NCBI GenBank assembly: GCA_964016885.1
Contig: OZ024746.1
Location: 12,400,001-12,464,000 of the forward strand
Direction of reading: 5' to 3'
From: Eledone cirrhosa
Taxonomy: Eukaryota
Length of the DNA stretch: 64,000 nucleotides
This document shows positions 25,462 through 38,434 of the stretch, in pieces (the first letter of the stretch is position 1; each line of letters starts with the position of its first letter). Both the position numbers and the translations under genes were made by a program. The notes below the pieces were generated by a model that saw nothing but the letters and a program-made list of their open reading frames with translations, had not been told where the DNA came from and searched no databases.

Positions 25462-25622
25462 ACACGCAAAAATACATACATATAAATATATATACACACT
25501 TATAAAATACATATACATATCTAATTACATAATTAGATAATTATGTAATTAGATATGTATATGTATTTTATAAGTGTGTATATATATTTATATATATTTA
25601 TATGTATGTATTTTTGCGTGTG
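25462..25622. repeat. ~160-bp AT-rich palindrome
   Basis: acacgcaaaaatacatacatataaatat...tacataatt-agat-aattatgta...atatttatatgtatgtatttttgcgtgt. Confidence 0.8.
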
Positions 25623-25710
25623 TATATATATTTATGTGTGTATTTTTGCAGCTTAAAAAATACATGGCATCAATATACAGTTAAAAAACTTTTTAAAAAC
25701 CTACTGAAGA

Positions 25711-25849
<139 letters not shown>

Positions 25850-27040
25850 AGGGAAGTAAGGTTCGATACAAAACAGTGGATATAGACAAAAGGTGAAATT
25901 GGAAATAGCACGGAAAATATATTTAAGGATCTGTTTTCTTGAAGTCGAGTACTGGAATCTAATTACATCATTATTCACTGATTGTTGTGTTGTATATACA
26001 AGCTTGTATAGGGAGTAGAGATTCCTTTCGGTCACGAATGACTATGAGCTCTGCACCTAGAAAGATCCTCAGAGACACAAAATCGGGGCAAGGTTTTTTT
26101 GTGGAAGGCCAGCAGTCACCCATGCATACCAGCCTCCCCATTCTACGCTACCGATGTTGTCCAAGAGTAAGGCGAATTCACCAATAACTACAGCTGAGCA
26201 AACTAGAGTAACGTGAAATAAAGTGTCTTACTCAGACACAACACGCTGCTCAGTCCGGGAATTGAACTCAAAAGCTAGTTTTTAAAAATGTATGTTTTAA
26301 ACGTCATCATGTGAACATCTTTCCGGTATATTCGGGTTATGATGGCGTCAATTGTAACATATTTTTGTAAATGTAATTTTCACATCGATCAAAGCATCCT
26401 GTATTAGGTGAGCAATGAAATGTTAGAGTGTAATCCGTTATAAGAGTTTCTCGATAGTTTCTAACACAGAAAAGTTAATACAATAACAATCCCGGAGAAA
26501 GGATTTCTTAAAAACTAGAGGTCATCATATAAATACATTACTTGTATCTAGAAAAAAAACCCAACAATATAATTTTGTAAAAATACAATAGACGAACAAA
26601 TTGAAATCACACGAACACAAATCTTAGTCTGTTTAGCAGTTTAAGACGGAGCAGGATTCTCTCTCATCTCTTAAATCTGCCCTACTTGTAAAAACCATAT
26701 ACAGGGTTTCCCCCTGTATATATTCGTCATTATGAACTTCAATCTCGTTAAATGAAACTTCAATCACGTCAGCGTCAATCTCAATTTCGTTATCGTCAAC
26801 TTAAGTTTCGTCGTTGCTGAAAGATAGAACGAATTTATTGAGTTCAAATTCCACCAAGGTTAACTTTGCCTTTCATCCTTACGGGGTCGATAAAACAAAG
26901 TACCAGTCACGCACTGGGGTCGATTTAATCGACTTCCCCCTCCCGCAAAATTGCTGGCCTTGTGTCTATATAAGAAACCACTTTACGAACTGAGTTCAAA
27001 TCCCGCCGAGGTTAACTTTGCCTTTCATCCTTATAGGGTC

Positions 27041-27364
27041 TATAGCGAAGATACTGGGTTGTATGAATGTAACAAGGAGACATGGTTTGTGTGTATAATA
27101 TTTAATTGACAATCTAACAGTATAGTTGACATGTCAATGAAATAGATGAAAGAATGAAGCAAAGTTAGTAGTTACCGTTTTGATTGCCAGGCAAACGCGA
27201 GACGCCTGGCGAAGGCCAGACGCCGGAAGGGCAAATGAGAGGGAGAGAGCCGAAGGCTATTCATTTTATAGGGCTCTGCCGGAAGTTACAGAAAGGGTTC
27301 TACTTCCCGTCTAGATGTTAATCTATTGGGGTTGTGAGTCACGACAAGGGAGACAACCGCTACA
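27041..27364 (-). mobile_element. Solo LTR (324 bp) inserted in a SINE
   Basis: Termini TATAGCG...CGCTACA (near-perfect TG..CA inverted ends) and 4-bp TSD GGTC (27037-27040, 27365-27368). It splits the SINE motif ggggtc|gataaaataaagtacc. Minus-strand TATAAAA near 27265-27271. Confidence 0.78.
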
Positions 27365-28238
27365 GGTCGATAAAATAAAGTACCAGTAATGTACTGGGTA
27401 ATTGCTGGCCTTGTGCCAAAAGTAGAAACAATTATTATTATTATGAAGAGTACTGTATTGAGTACTGTATTGAGATGATTACTTGTCGCAGTATTTTAAA
27501 ATAATCTAAACATTAAACATTAGAGGGTTATAAGTTTTGTATGCAGAAATTGTCGCACTCTACATCCCTGTAAATATATAGGTAGAGGTTGATAATGACG
27601 AATTTGAGGGGGAAACCTGTCAATAATTTAAATCCAGTTGTCATGGAAATATGGGACGTAGTTTTCTGAGATAAACAAGAAGAAACAGTAAAACGGAGAG
27701 ATTATGATAACCGCCGTAGTTGTTATGAACGATCAAATGCAGATGTGTAGAATAAGCAGTGTAACATTGACCATAGATAAATCGACTTCTAATTGAATGT
27801 ATTATCATCAAATCATTAATGCAAATATCAGAAAATTGAAACATGACTGGTAGGATGGAAGGCAAAGCTGACTACGGCAGGATTTGAAATTAGAATGTAA
27901 AGGGCTGTAACTACATAGCGCATAGCATTTTGTCTGACGCTCTACCGATATCGCCAACTCACCGATACGAAACAATGGAAATCATTTAGAAAATGAAGTA
28001 TTTATATAGAGATTGTTTCTGTCATGATAGGAAAAATACACCTGAAAATAAAGGGCTCCTTTATTTCAAATTTCTATACCAGATTATATTAAAGGATTTA
28101 CAGTAAAGAGTTATATATAATTTCTTTATTTTATCATCTATAATATCTAGAAGGGTATGATTTGAGGAAGAAATGGCTGCTATTCCTAACAGGTAAAGGA
28201 TCCCCTAGTAGCTTGAAGGAAATGACGATGATGATGAC

Positions 28239-28276
<38 letters not shown>

Positions 28277-28289
28277 CGATGATGATGAC

Positions 28290-28339
<50 letters not shown>

Positions 28340-28804
28340 CGATGATGACCTCTCTCTACTATGAAATAATAATTCAGTCGGAACTTTTATTATCACACAT
28401 AAACAGGAAGGAATTTACTATCAATATTGTGATAAAAATAGTTCATTCATAAAGTGCTTTTACGTTCTCCCTCTTTCCCTGTCTTTTTACACACTTTTCT
28501 CTCATTGACTTTCACAAATTCTCCGACAGTTAATTACACAATGAGAAAAACAAATCATCCGCCGGTACTACGGAAAACAAAGTTTACATATAGTAAATGA
28601 CACATTAATAAAGGATGTAGTTAATTTCCAGATACTTACATTACCGAAACTTATCAAGGGAATTTACAAACTAATTATTCTCTGAGTAAGTATATAAGGG
28701 TTGTCATTAGATATATTTTGTCATAATTTCTGCGTTCACAAGGTCTATAAAGTTATCGCTATTTTATAATTTACATTACTATTTTTCAATCAGTTACAAC
28801 AAAA

Positions 28805-29320
28805 ATGAACACTTGTAAGTATGAAGTTCTGTAGAGTTCACATAAATATTATTTGAATTATCAATACGTACATACACACATACATACATACATACATACA
28901 TACATACATACATACATACATACATACATAAATACATACATACATACATACATACATACATACATACATACATACATACATGGTGATGGCTGCCCCCTTG
29001 ATATCGATTATGGCCATTGCACGATGCAGCATTATTAATAATTATTAATTAATTCTATCGTGCAATGCCTGTGCGTGAAGATATTTTTTAAAGTGAGGAA
29101 AGACTGTGCACTGAGCCAATCCCACTCTCTGAGCGACAGTAGCTATAACCCGAAAAGAAGAAAAGATCAACACCATCGGTAACTACTGAGTCGCAGGTTT
29201 TATATCGGAGTTATCCCAGTTTCCTGAGTTGCCATCTCCTAGAAGAACGCCCTGACAAAGGCTTGGTGGGGTTGCCGACGACCCGACATACATACATACA
29301 TACATACATACATACATACA

Positions 29321-29351
<31 letters not shown>

Positions 29352-30975
29352 TTACATACAACTTTTATTTTCTTATTTAGGTTGGAAATTTACATCATTC
29401 GTATGTCTGTCAGTATGGATTACATTAATAGCTGGAGCATCGATATCTACTGTCACGCCTGCATTATCAGAAATAAAATCTAACTTGCAGGATGTATTGT
29501 ACATTACAGGACTCGCATCAAAATCTGTAAATAATACTTTGAGCATATATGTAAGTTAAGAATTAATTCCTTATTGTTTTTCATATATCAGTATCATATT
29601 TTTATGTCTATAGTATTGCAATATCACATAGCAACCTGATTTCATGAAGAATATCTGAATGAAATCAAAGAGCATAGTACAGAATAATTCAGTTCTCAAG
29701 CATATATGTCTCATTTTATTCCAATTCTTTCTATCAAAGTCTGACACATATGATGTAATATTATTTTTATATAGTGTAAGGACATTGAATTAGAACCTGC
29801 TACAAGCTGCCATCAATTTATTGATAAGACAGTCAACAATATGGATGTTAAATTCCCTCAGATGTACATTCAGGACAACAGTACCAACACTCGGACTGAA
29901 TTAACAAAGGTTTGTACACATTATGAAAATATTTTCCTCTCTCAATATTTTTGAAGTTTATGATAGAGGTGTGAATAAATGGGAAAATATAAGACTCGTC
30001 ACATTTCTTCATTACAGATGCTGTTAGTTAACATGTCTACAACACTCAGTAAATATATCGATGTGATCAAGAATGAAACGAAGAGAGAATATGACAGACT
30101 GTGTGCTCCTGCCAAACTTATAAATGTGCCATGTCATTATCCAGCTGCTTGTTCTAAACTCACTCGAACATCAGTTGCTATGTTCTTTTGCTATCTCAAA
30201 CGAACTCATTATCATTTGGTTGATATGAAAATTCTACTGAATTTATTTGTAAGTATTATTACTCTAAGAATATTTCCAAATAGATTCTATATTGTCTCTG
30301 TTGGTGTTAATATGAAATAAATTTCTGTTTAATGAAGTAATTTTAAACAATCCTAGGATATTTTCAAATAATTTCTATATTGTCTACCTGTGTAATGTAA
30401 TTTTAAACAATCATAGTTTGCATCTGAATAGATGAGATGTTTAATATAAATTATCTAGAAAAATATTGTGAAATTTTAACAATGAGGAGCAACAATAATT
30501 TGATAATATATACAACACATCAACGCCAAACCTAATCTATATATGTAAGTGTCTATATATTACAATATAATATCTAAGTGTCTATATATTACAATATAAT
30601 ATCTAAGTATCTATATATTACATATAATATCTAAGTATCTATATATTACAATATAATATCTAAGTGTCTATATATTACAATATAATATCTAAGTGTCTAT
30701 ATATTACAATATAATATCTAAGTGTCTATATATTACAATATAATATCTAAGTGTCTATATATTACAATTTGTAAATATTTTCACCAAGCTTTTATCAATG
30801 TTTTCTTATATTTCAGATTTCTTCAAAGTTCCGACACAATGTAGAATCAGATGGTAATATTTTGCTGCCAAATCAATTACACATTGGTCAACATCGAACA
30901 TTTACCATGGTTACACTTCATTCACTCCTGGAACATATAGTGTATATTCAACATACTCTTCAATCATTTCAATGA
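28805..30975 (+). CDS. Gene B: near-identical inverted duplicate of gene A, 234-aa secreted cytokine-like protein
   Basis: Coding exons 28805-28814, 29381-29550, 29775-29909, 30018-30248, 30817-30975; GT-AG introns, phases 1,0,0,0. Differences from A that I noticed: a synonymous AGT/AGC in exon 3, and ATT (Ile) versus ATG (Met) at the first codon of exon 5. A probable upstream non-coding exon ends at 28685 (GA|gtaagt), with an acceptor at 28793. AATAAA at 31284-31289. Confidence 0.85.
28981..29286. mobile_element. ~305-bp insertion in the (TACA)n tract of gene B intron 1
   Basis: Unique sequence flanked on both sides by (TACA)n and absent from the matching intron of gene A. It resembles a non-LTR retrotransposon UTR fragment; family not determined. 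Confidence 0.6.
30546..30767 (+). repeat. 29-bp minisatellite in intron 4 of gene B (shorter array at ~17290-17405 in gene A)
   Basis: Unit taagtgtctatatattacaatataatatc, about 8 copies here versus about 4 in A. Confidence 0.85.
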
Positions 30976-32339
30976 AATGATATTCAATCACATTTCATGA
31001 ATCCCTACCAATCAGGCAGGTACCCAGATACAAGTGTATCATTGCAGATATGTAGAAGCGTTTAAACTTCACTTTTCACAAAGAATATTTTTCTTTAACA
31101 TAGAAAACAATATATTTTGATATTATAAGTAATAATTATATTTAATGTCATATCGCAAGAATGTTGTTGGTATTACAATATTATATCTGTGACATATATA
31201 AATATATCTATATTAAAAATATTTGTATAATTAATTTTATTTATATTATATATTTTATATATATTTGTATATTTTATTGAAACAATAAAGTGTTTATATT
31301 TTATTTTATGTTCAATTGTTTTTATTTGTCGTTATTTTATATTGTCGCTTACAACATAGAAACATTATGCAACAGATATTCATATTTTATATCTTCTATT
31401 CCTTCTTGTTCCATGATTATCGAGAAAATAAGATACAATCTAACAGTTTAAATCATGTACAATCATCTGTTCTTCCTTGAGCGATAAAAACTTCACTATT
31501 AACATATCGTATTAGTAAAAATATGAACCAACATTGTTGAACGATGTTCCTAGATCACACAAAATAGTTAAATGTGCTGGTTATTAACTTCAGTTTTATT
31601 AATAAATTTAGATATTTAATCAGTTGATTAACTGGTCCGTCAAAGCTATTTCGTCACAGTCTGATACCTCATAGATTACTATGTACATTTTTGCGCTTCC
31701 TTCTTATTCACATGCTCTCCGAGAGTGCCTTTCAGATGTTCTGCTACTTACTTTTCTGTTGTAATGTATGGTACGTGTGTGTGAGCGCGCATGCGCATGT
31801 GCCTGGGTTTTATTGCTTTTGTTTATTTATTTATGTGATTATTTTTGGCGTTTGTGTTTTACGTTTCATATCACTTATACATATACATCCATTATTACTG
31901 CCGTAATAATTGTAATTGTTAGTTTAAATACTAACTCTAAATATTTCTTATGTTGTTCATATTTTCATTAAAGATGTAGTCTTCCGAATGTAAAACAATC
32001 TTTTCCTTTGGGATTGCTCTTCACTTAGGTTATTGTTTTATTCATATTGGCAGTGAAAATGTTCAATATTTGACGATGCTTTGTTATATTCAATATATTT
32101 CCCCCGCATTTCTTATAATGTTATAACAAGTATTAGTTAAATAACTTGTACTGAAACATTTGTAAGATTATCAAATTATTTAAGAAATCTATTCTATAAT
32201 CTTAATTTGTTAGTTAATTAGAACAAACACAGTACGAGACAACAGTACGAGATAATACCCTAAGATATACAAGCCTCTAACTTTTGCATAATTTTCAAAC
32301 TGCGCTCATCGTTTCTAAATACACGTTCACACACACACA

Positions 32340-32442
<103 letters not shown>

Positions 32443-32559
32443 GTGTGTGTGCGTGTATATAAATATATGTGTGCGTGTATTTCTATATGTATGTATATAT
32501 GTATGTATGTTCTGGTTTTGTAATTTCACAAAGTTTTACGACTAGAGAGAGAGAGTCGG

Positions 32560-34225
32560 TTTCTAACATAGGCACAAGACTCTCTCATTGGAATTTACAC
32601 AACATCATGTGTAGATATGGATGTTATTGTATGTGTGGATGTGTATGTTTTGAGTTGTATGTATGCATGTGTATATGCTTAATATCTGTAGATGTGTATA
32701 TGCAGTTATTAGATGCAACATTTTTGGAATCTATTACATATTTTTACTGTTCCATTAATGGATTGTACTTGTAATTTCCTAATTAGTTGTGTTCTTTCTG
32801 TTCCTGTGAAGTCCAGCTTCTCAAGATTTGTATTGAGGCAGTTACTAACATACCCCAGTGCCCCAATAAACACAGGCATAAATCTGAAGGTGTTATCAGG
32901 GTGGAGTATCTGCAGATTCTCATCAGTTCTGCATAAATATTCTCCTTTTCGCTAATCTTTGATATTATATTGGCATGTCCTGGGCAGCTAATTTCCACTA
33001 CTGTGCATACCTTCTTTTCCCTGTCCCATATTATTATATCTGGTCTGTTATGCCTGCATTTTATTGGGGTTTTTACTGGGATATTCCACCAGTACTCTTT
33101 CATATTATATATGTATGTCTTCCACATTGCTGAAGCTTTTAATGTGTTTATTATCTTTTCTACAGATTGCATTGTACAGTGGTTTGGCCACTACATTATG
33201 CCTCATAGGTAGATAGTACCGCGATGACATCTTTGGACAGCTTCTTATGACTTATGACAAGGGTGACATCTTCGATGTTAATTCTGCAGAGTCTGCACTT
33301 GTTATCACATCTAGGTGTTTTGCCTGCATCACTATCTCTTTTGTGAATCAGGTATTTCGTGTTGATTTCCTGTTCTTGGATTGTAAAAGCGTATCCTTCA
33401 AAGTGAGAGCCAATATAGCGGTTGTTGGTCCAAGATAGACTACTTTCCTTATCTATTTTACTCTCACTCTGGAACTTCCTGGCAACATATCCATGCATGG
33501 GTTTTTGCTGATAAGCATGCAGTTTTTCATCCATGGATTCGCTACGATACTGCTGAGCGACTTCCCTGGGTGTGAGTTTCTGATTATCACACAGGGAATA
33601 TCTCTCGAGGAGTTCCTTCCCAACTCCCATGATCTTATCTGTTTCATGCAGATAGACTTGCTCGAGAGACGGGCTCCTACGCTTTGAGCTTCGTAGATGT
33701 TGTCGGAGGGATATGATGCGACATTCAAATGCTGTCTGGACTGATGTTATGCCTCTGCCTCCCTACTTACGTTTCAAGTAAAGGCGGTCTATGAGACTGT
33801 TTGATGTGGAAGTTTCCGGTGTTGTTTAGTATTTTTCGAGTTCTAACATCAATTGCTCGGATTTCATCTATCATCCAATTGAGTATTCCAAACATTGGTG
33901 TTAGGACAGGCTCAGCAAACACATTGTGAGCCACTGATTTGTTTTGCACAGAGAGTTCCGATGACCATATCTTTCTTAATCGGGTGTAGTATTCCCTGGT
34001 TACGCGTTCCTTATTACAGATACCATTATATGATATGTTTTCATCTATCCCCAGGTATCTGTAGCAGTCTTCATCAGATATCGGTGAAACAGTTAGGCCA
34101 TTGATGACAATGTTGCTAGATTGGGTTGTTGTTTTTCCCCGCTTTACAGTCATGTAGAGCATTTATCTTGGTCAAACTCTATTCCTGTATCCTTTGAGAA
34201 CGTTTCGACTAGGTCAAGATTTTTC
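32560..34225 (-). mobile_element. Degenerate R4/Dong-like (RLE) non-LTR retrotransposon, 3' portion
   Basis: [33 protein letters not shown]...EGYAFTIQEQEINTK, KCRLC, HNRPDIIIWDREKKVCTVVEISCP in frameshifted ORFs 32783-34341. Confidence 0.85.
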
Positions 34226-34329
34226 TTCATCCCATCCATCCATGTATGTATGTATGTATGTATGTATGTATGTATGTATGTATGTATGTATGTATGTATG
34301 TATGTATGTATGTATGTATGTACATACAT

Positions 34330-34610
34330 ATGTGAAGGCACGTGGCACAGTCGTTAAGGGTATTCAGTTCACGATTGTGAGTTCGATTCTCGGGTGTGTG
34401 TTGTGTCCTTGAGCAAGACACTTTATTTCACGTTGCTCCAGTCCACTAAGCTGGCAAAAATGAGTTGTATCTGTAATTCGAAGGACCAGCCTCGTCACAT
34501 TCTGTGTCACATAGAATCTCCCTGAGAACTTCGTTAAAGGTACGCGTGTTTGTGGAATGCTCAGCCACTTGCAAGTTAATTTCCCGAACAGGCTGTTCCA
34601 TCGATCGTAT
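34330..34610 (+). mobile_element. tRNA-derived SINE (second family; also 51320-51645)
   Basis: A/B-box-like head, then gtgtccttgagcaagacactttatttcacgttgctccagtccact...ctccctgagaactacgttaagggtac shared between copies. Confidence 0.78.
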
Positions 34611-34623
34611 ATATATATATATA

Positions 34624-34711
<88 letters not shown>

Positions 34712-35727
34712 AGATATACAGATAGATATTTGTGTATAGTGGTAGCAGAAGTAGAATCAGCCAGATCCATACAAGGACCATGACTCGAGCTACATGCCGG
34801 CGAAACATTTGTAACACGAAATAAACTAAGTCCAGATGCATCACTGATTTTTCGTTTCCTTTATAATATATATAGATATAAATATATATATATATATGTG
34901 TCCCTTTTATGTCCCTTTTATTTCCTTTTATGTCCCTTTTCCTAAAATTAATACCTATAAGTATACATATAAACTATTTTAATTTCCTGTTATGAATCTA
35001 AATTCCTTGTAGTCTATATAAGTTTGTTATTTCTCACTAATACATTTATCCCCCAAATTTTTTTTCATTCGTTTTTAACAACATTCTTTAATAACATCTA
35101 ACTCTTATTTATCACATCTATATGAATTAATATAAATTTATCCCTATAAGTATACCTATCAATTAAATTAATTTAATTTCTGGTTATAGATCTAAATTCC
35201 TTGTGTTTTAAATAAGATTGGTATTTCTCACTAACACATTTACCCTAACATTTTATTCTCCTTCGATTTTAACATTAGCATTATTCTTTAAACACATCAA
35301 ATTTTCGTGTACCTTTCACCGTCTTGACCTCTTTTCATCCCCAAAGTAATCTTTTCATTCAAAGTATTCTTTCTATTAAAAACTTAAGTCTGCATTCCTC
35401 TACCCCTAAATTAAATTTCTACTACTACTATTCTATCAACTTGACCTCTTACTACTTTTCTATTGGTCAATTAAAAACCTGTTCCCAAACCGACTTATTA
35501 TATTAAATCTTTGTTGTTTTTTTTTCAATAAACAAATATCATTATTTCTGAAGACTGCATATATATGTGTAGGTATGTATATTTCCTCTGATAGTTTGTA
35601 AAATTTTTACATAGATCTATATGATATACATACCAACACACACATATATATCCTAGAAACGATCGTAAAATGATGAATTTTTTAATATAAGGAACTGTTT
35701 CTTTGTTTTTATTCATTGTTTTTATTA

Positions 35728-35786
<59 letters not shown>

Positions 35787-36019
35787 TAGATATATAAATA
35801 AATATACACGGGTGTGTATGATTGTGTATAGAAGATTATATTAATAAAAAGAATTCCAACTTTGTCTGATTTACTCGTTTTATTTACAATCCTTTAAAAT
35901 TATAATGGTATTATAATGAAATAGTATGGTAGAATATTAAATGTTAATTGAACAAGTACTTTCATGCTTTCGCAATCTTCAGGTTCATATTCAGTGGTGA
36001 CAGTCAAGTTTGCAATTTT

Positions 36020-36090
<71 letters not shown>

Positions 36091-37384
36091 TAGTTTTTTC
36101 GTTGTTTTGATATTATGTGGCTAGGTTTACCTGCCGCAATTTTCAATTTGTCAAGCTATATGTTATTACTCTAAGGCCTGCAACCTTATTGAGTGCTTTG
36201 CTGCTCCCTCCTAATTGTAGGTCGTTAGCTTGGCCACAGCCAAAGCTTCTGGACGGTCCAGAAATAGCCGTTGAAACGGCTTGAACTCTGCTGCCGGAGT
36301 CCTGTCTCTTTTCTTATATACAGTATACATATATATAAGTTTAATCGATATATAACAAGGTTTATCAAGACCTTGATTTCCTTCATCAGTATGGTTCGGT
36401 TTTGGCTATACATATCTCACGAAAACACACTAGTCATCTGCCCAAAGAAGAATTTTAAGGTGGAATTAAAATAACTTTTAACGGAAAGACAGATATGATA
36501 GTACAGGCCTTAAAGAGTACTAGAAAGAGCTCCAAGCAAGTCCTGTTTAGACAACTCAAACTAAGTTAGAGAAATTGGGAGAAAATATAAGCTAATTTTA
36601 GGTTTATAAAGCGGAGTAGTTCCCTGTGACCTACATCTTCCATTTATTGCGTAATCAAGTTTATTTTAGTTCTAATTGCAGATATTTATATCTTTAAATT
36701 AGAGTTAATGAGGTATTTCTGTTTTTTTAGATAATATATCTTAATTTACAGAACACATACTGGTCTATTTATAACTACTTAATGAACTTTATTTAAAATT
36801 ATAAATCAATTTGTCAATAGTGGAGGTTTCCTGTTCCATTATCCTGGCAAAAAGTATATTATATCATGGTTGGCCAGGAAAAAACCAACTTCCACATTCG
36901 GCCCAAACAATGGGCGAAATTTGCATATTTGCGGCATGTAGTTACTGTTCTTTATGTTCTGAGTTCAAATTCTACGGAGGTTAGCTTTGCCTTTCATCCT
37001 TACGGCGTCGATAAAATTAAGTGCCAGTAACGCACTGGGGTCGATTTAATTGACTTTCCCCTTCCCCCAAATTGCTGGCCTTGTGCCTAAATCAAAAACC
37101 ATTATTTATTATCTGGTCGTAAAAGGCAAAAATATTTTCCTTTCTTCAGCGTTTTCCCACCTGAACACGTTTTATTTACATAAATAAAAGCTAGTTATAT
37201 TTCTGCCTTTTGCGAGCAGTATTCATTTTTCTTTGTACCTCATCATTGTTTACTTCTTTAAAATCTTCTGCAGTGCTGAGTCTTCTACGAAGTTCTGTAA
37301 TATTTAATTTCCGGCATGTTTAATTTTGAGATCTATGTGTTAATTCCTGTCTTTTACTGAGTATATCTATGTATTGACCCATGC

Positions 37385-37657
37385 ATGCGTTGACCCATAA
37401 CTTAGCGTTTGACGATACCACCCCGATCTCCCAAAGACCTGCCGCTGTGTGAATACCCGGTCAGCCGTGCCGCGTCCGGGGAAAAAACCGCACCGTCCCT
37501 TAGTCAGACCGGACCCGACAATCATCCTGCATCTCTCCACCAGACACCTAGCACAGACTCCACTGGAGAGGCCCAACAAGGAGATCTCATTGCAACTTGG
37601 ACAATCTCTCATGTCTCCCCATTTGAAAACCGGGTTTATCACTCCCGACGGCCACAC
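37385..37657 (-). mobile_element. Inverted 5' segment of an RTE LINE (RT domain start) with many apparent A-to-G changes
   Basis: WPSGVINPVFKWGDMRDCPSCNEISLLGLSSGVCARCL...RCGFFPGRGTADRVFT aligns with the typical RTE WQTGVIIPIFKKGD..C.NYRGISLLSLPGKVYA.CL...QCGFRPGRSTTDQIFT. Confidence 0.8.
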
Positions 37658-37659
37658 CG

Positions 37660-38207
37660 CTTAGGTGCCTTTCTAGAGATCCAGCTCACCCGATAGATAA
37701 ATAAAGTTCGACTGAAGCAGGTAGAGACGTTCAAGTATCTCGGAGCCGTGTTCACGATATTCCTGCCAACTCCTTCCTATGGTCATGAATCTTGGGTAAT
37801 GACTGAAAGAATCACGAATACAAGCGGCTGAAATGGGGTTCCTCCGAAAGTCTTTGGAGTAACGTTACTCGACAGAGTGCATAGCTCAGAGATTAGAGAG
37901 CCACTCCGGGTAGAGCAGCTACTTCTCCGAATTGAGAGATCACAGCTCCGCTACTGAGGGCATGTGGTTAGAATGTCTCAGGAAAGAATCGCTGGACACA
38001 TTTTAAAAGCAAAACCAACCAGCAGGAGATCCAAGGGTAGACCCCAGAGAAAGATGGTTGGATAACATCCATGAGCTTGGCTGGTCTCACTTGGAGATCC
38101 AGCCGGATCAGTTGGAGACAGTTGCTTCTGACAGGACTCGCTGGAGGGAGTGTTTGAGGACTCTGCCTGCAGGACCCTCTCAGGAAGAAGAAGAAAAAGA
38201 AGAAGAA
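37660..38207 (+). mobile_element. RTE LINE 3' fragment with (GAA)n tail
   Basis: LKQVETFKYLG, YGHESWVMTER, IERSQLRY.GHVVRMSQER; near-identical to 43320-43833. Confidence 0.85.
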
Positions 38208-38219
38208 TATATATACTCA

Positions 38220-38233
38220 TACGCACACACACA

Positions 38234-38331
<98 letters not shown>

Positions 38332-38369
38332 CACGCACACACACACACACGCGCGCACGCACACACACA

Positions 38370-38434
<65 letters not shown>

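Larger units (their letters stand above)
28136..31446 (+). repeat. Right arm of the inverted segmental duplication (contains gene B)
   Basis: Matches the reverse complement of 16631-19603. It carries an expanded (GAT)n at 28222-28348, a longer 29-bp minisatellite and an extra ~305-bp insert in intron 1. Confidence 0.92.

Noticed and set aside
26300-26550. Possible fourth paralog exon (also checked ~40318-40512)
   Set aside because: No conserved Cys pattern, exon length or clean splice pair was found.
28162-28452. Poly-Met ORF
   Set aside because: (GAT)n expansion that is only a few units long in the duplicate arm (~19507-19520).
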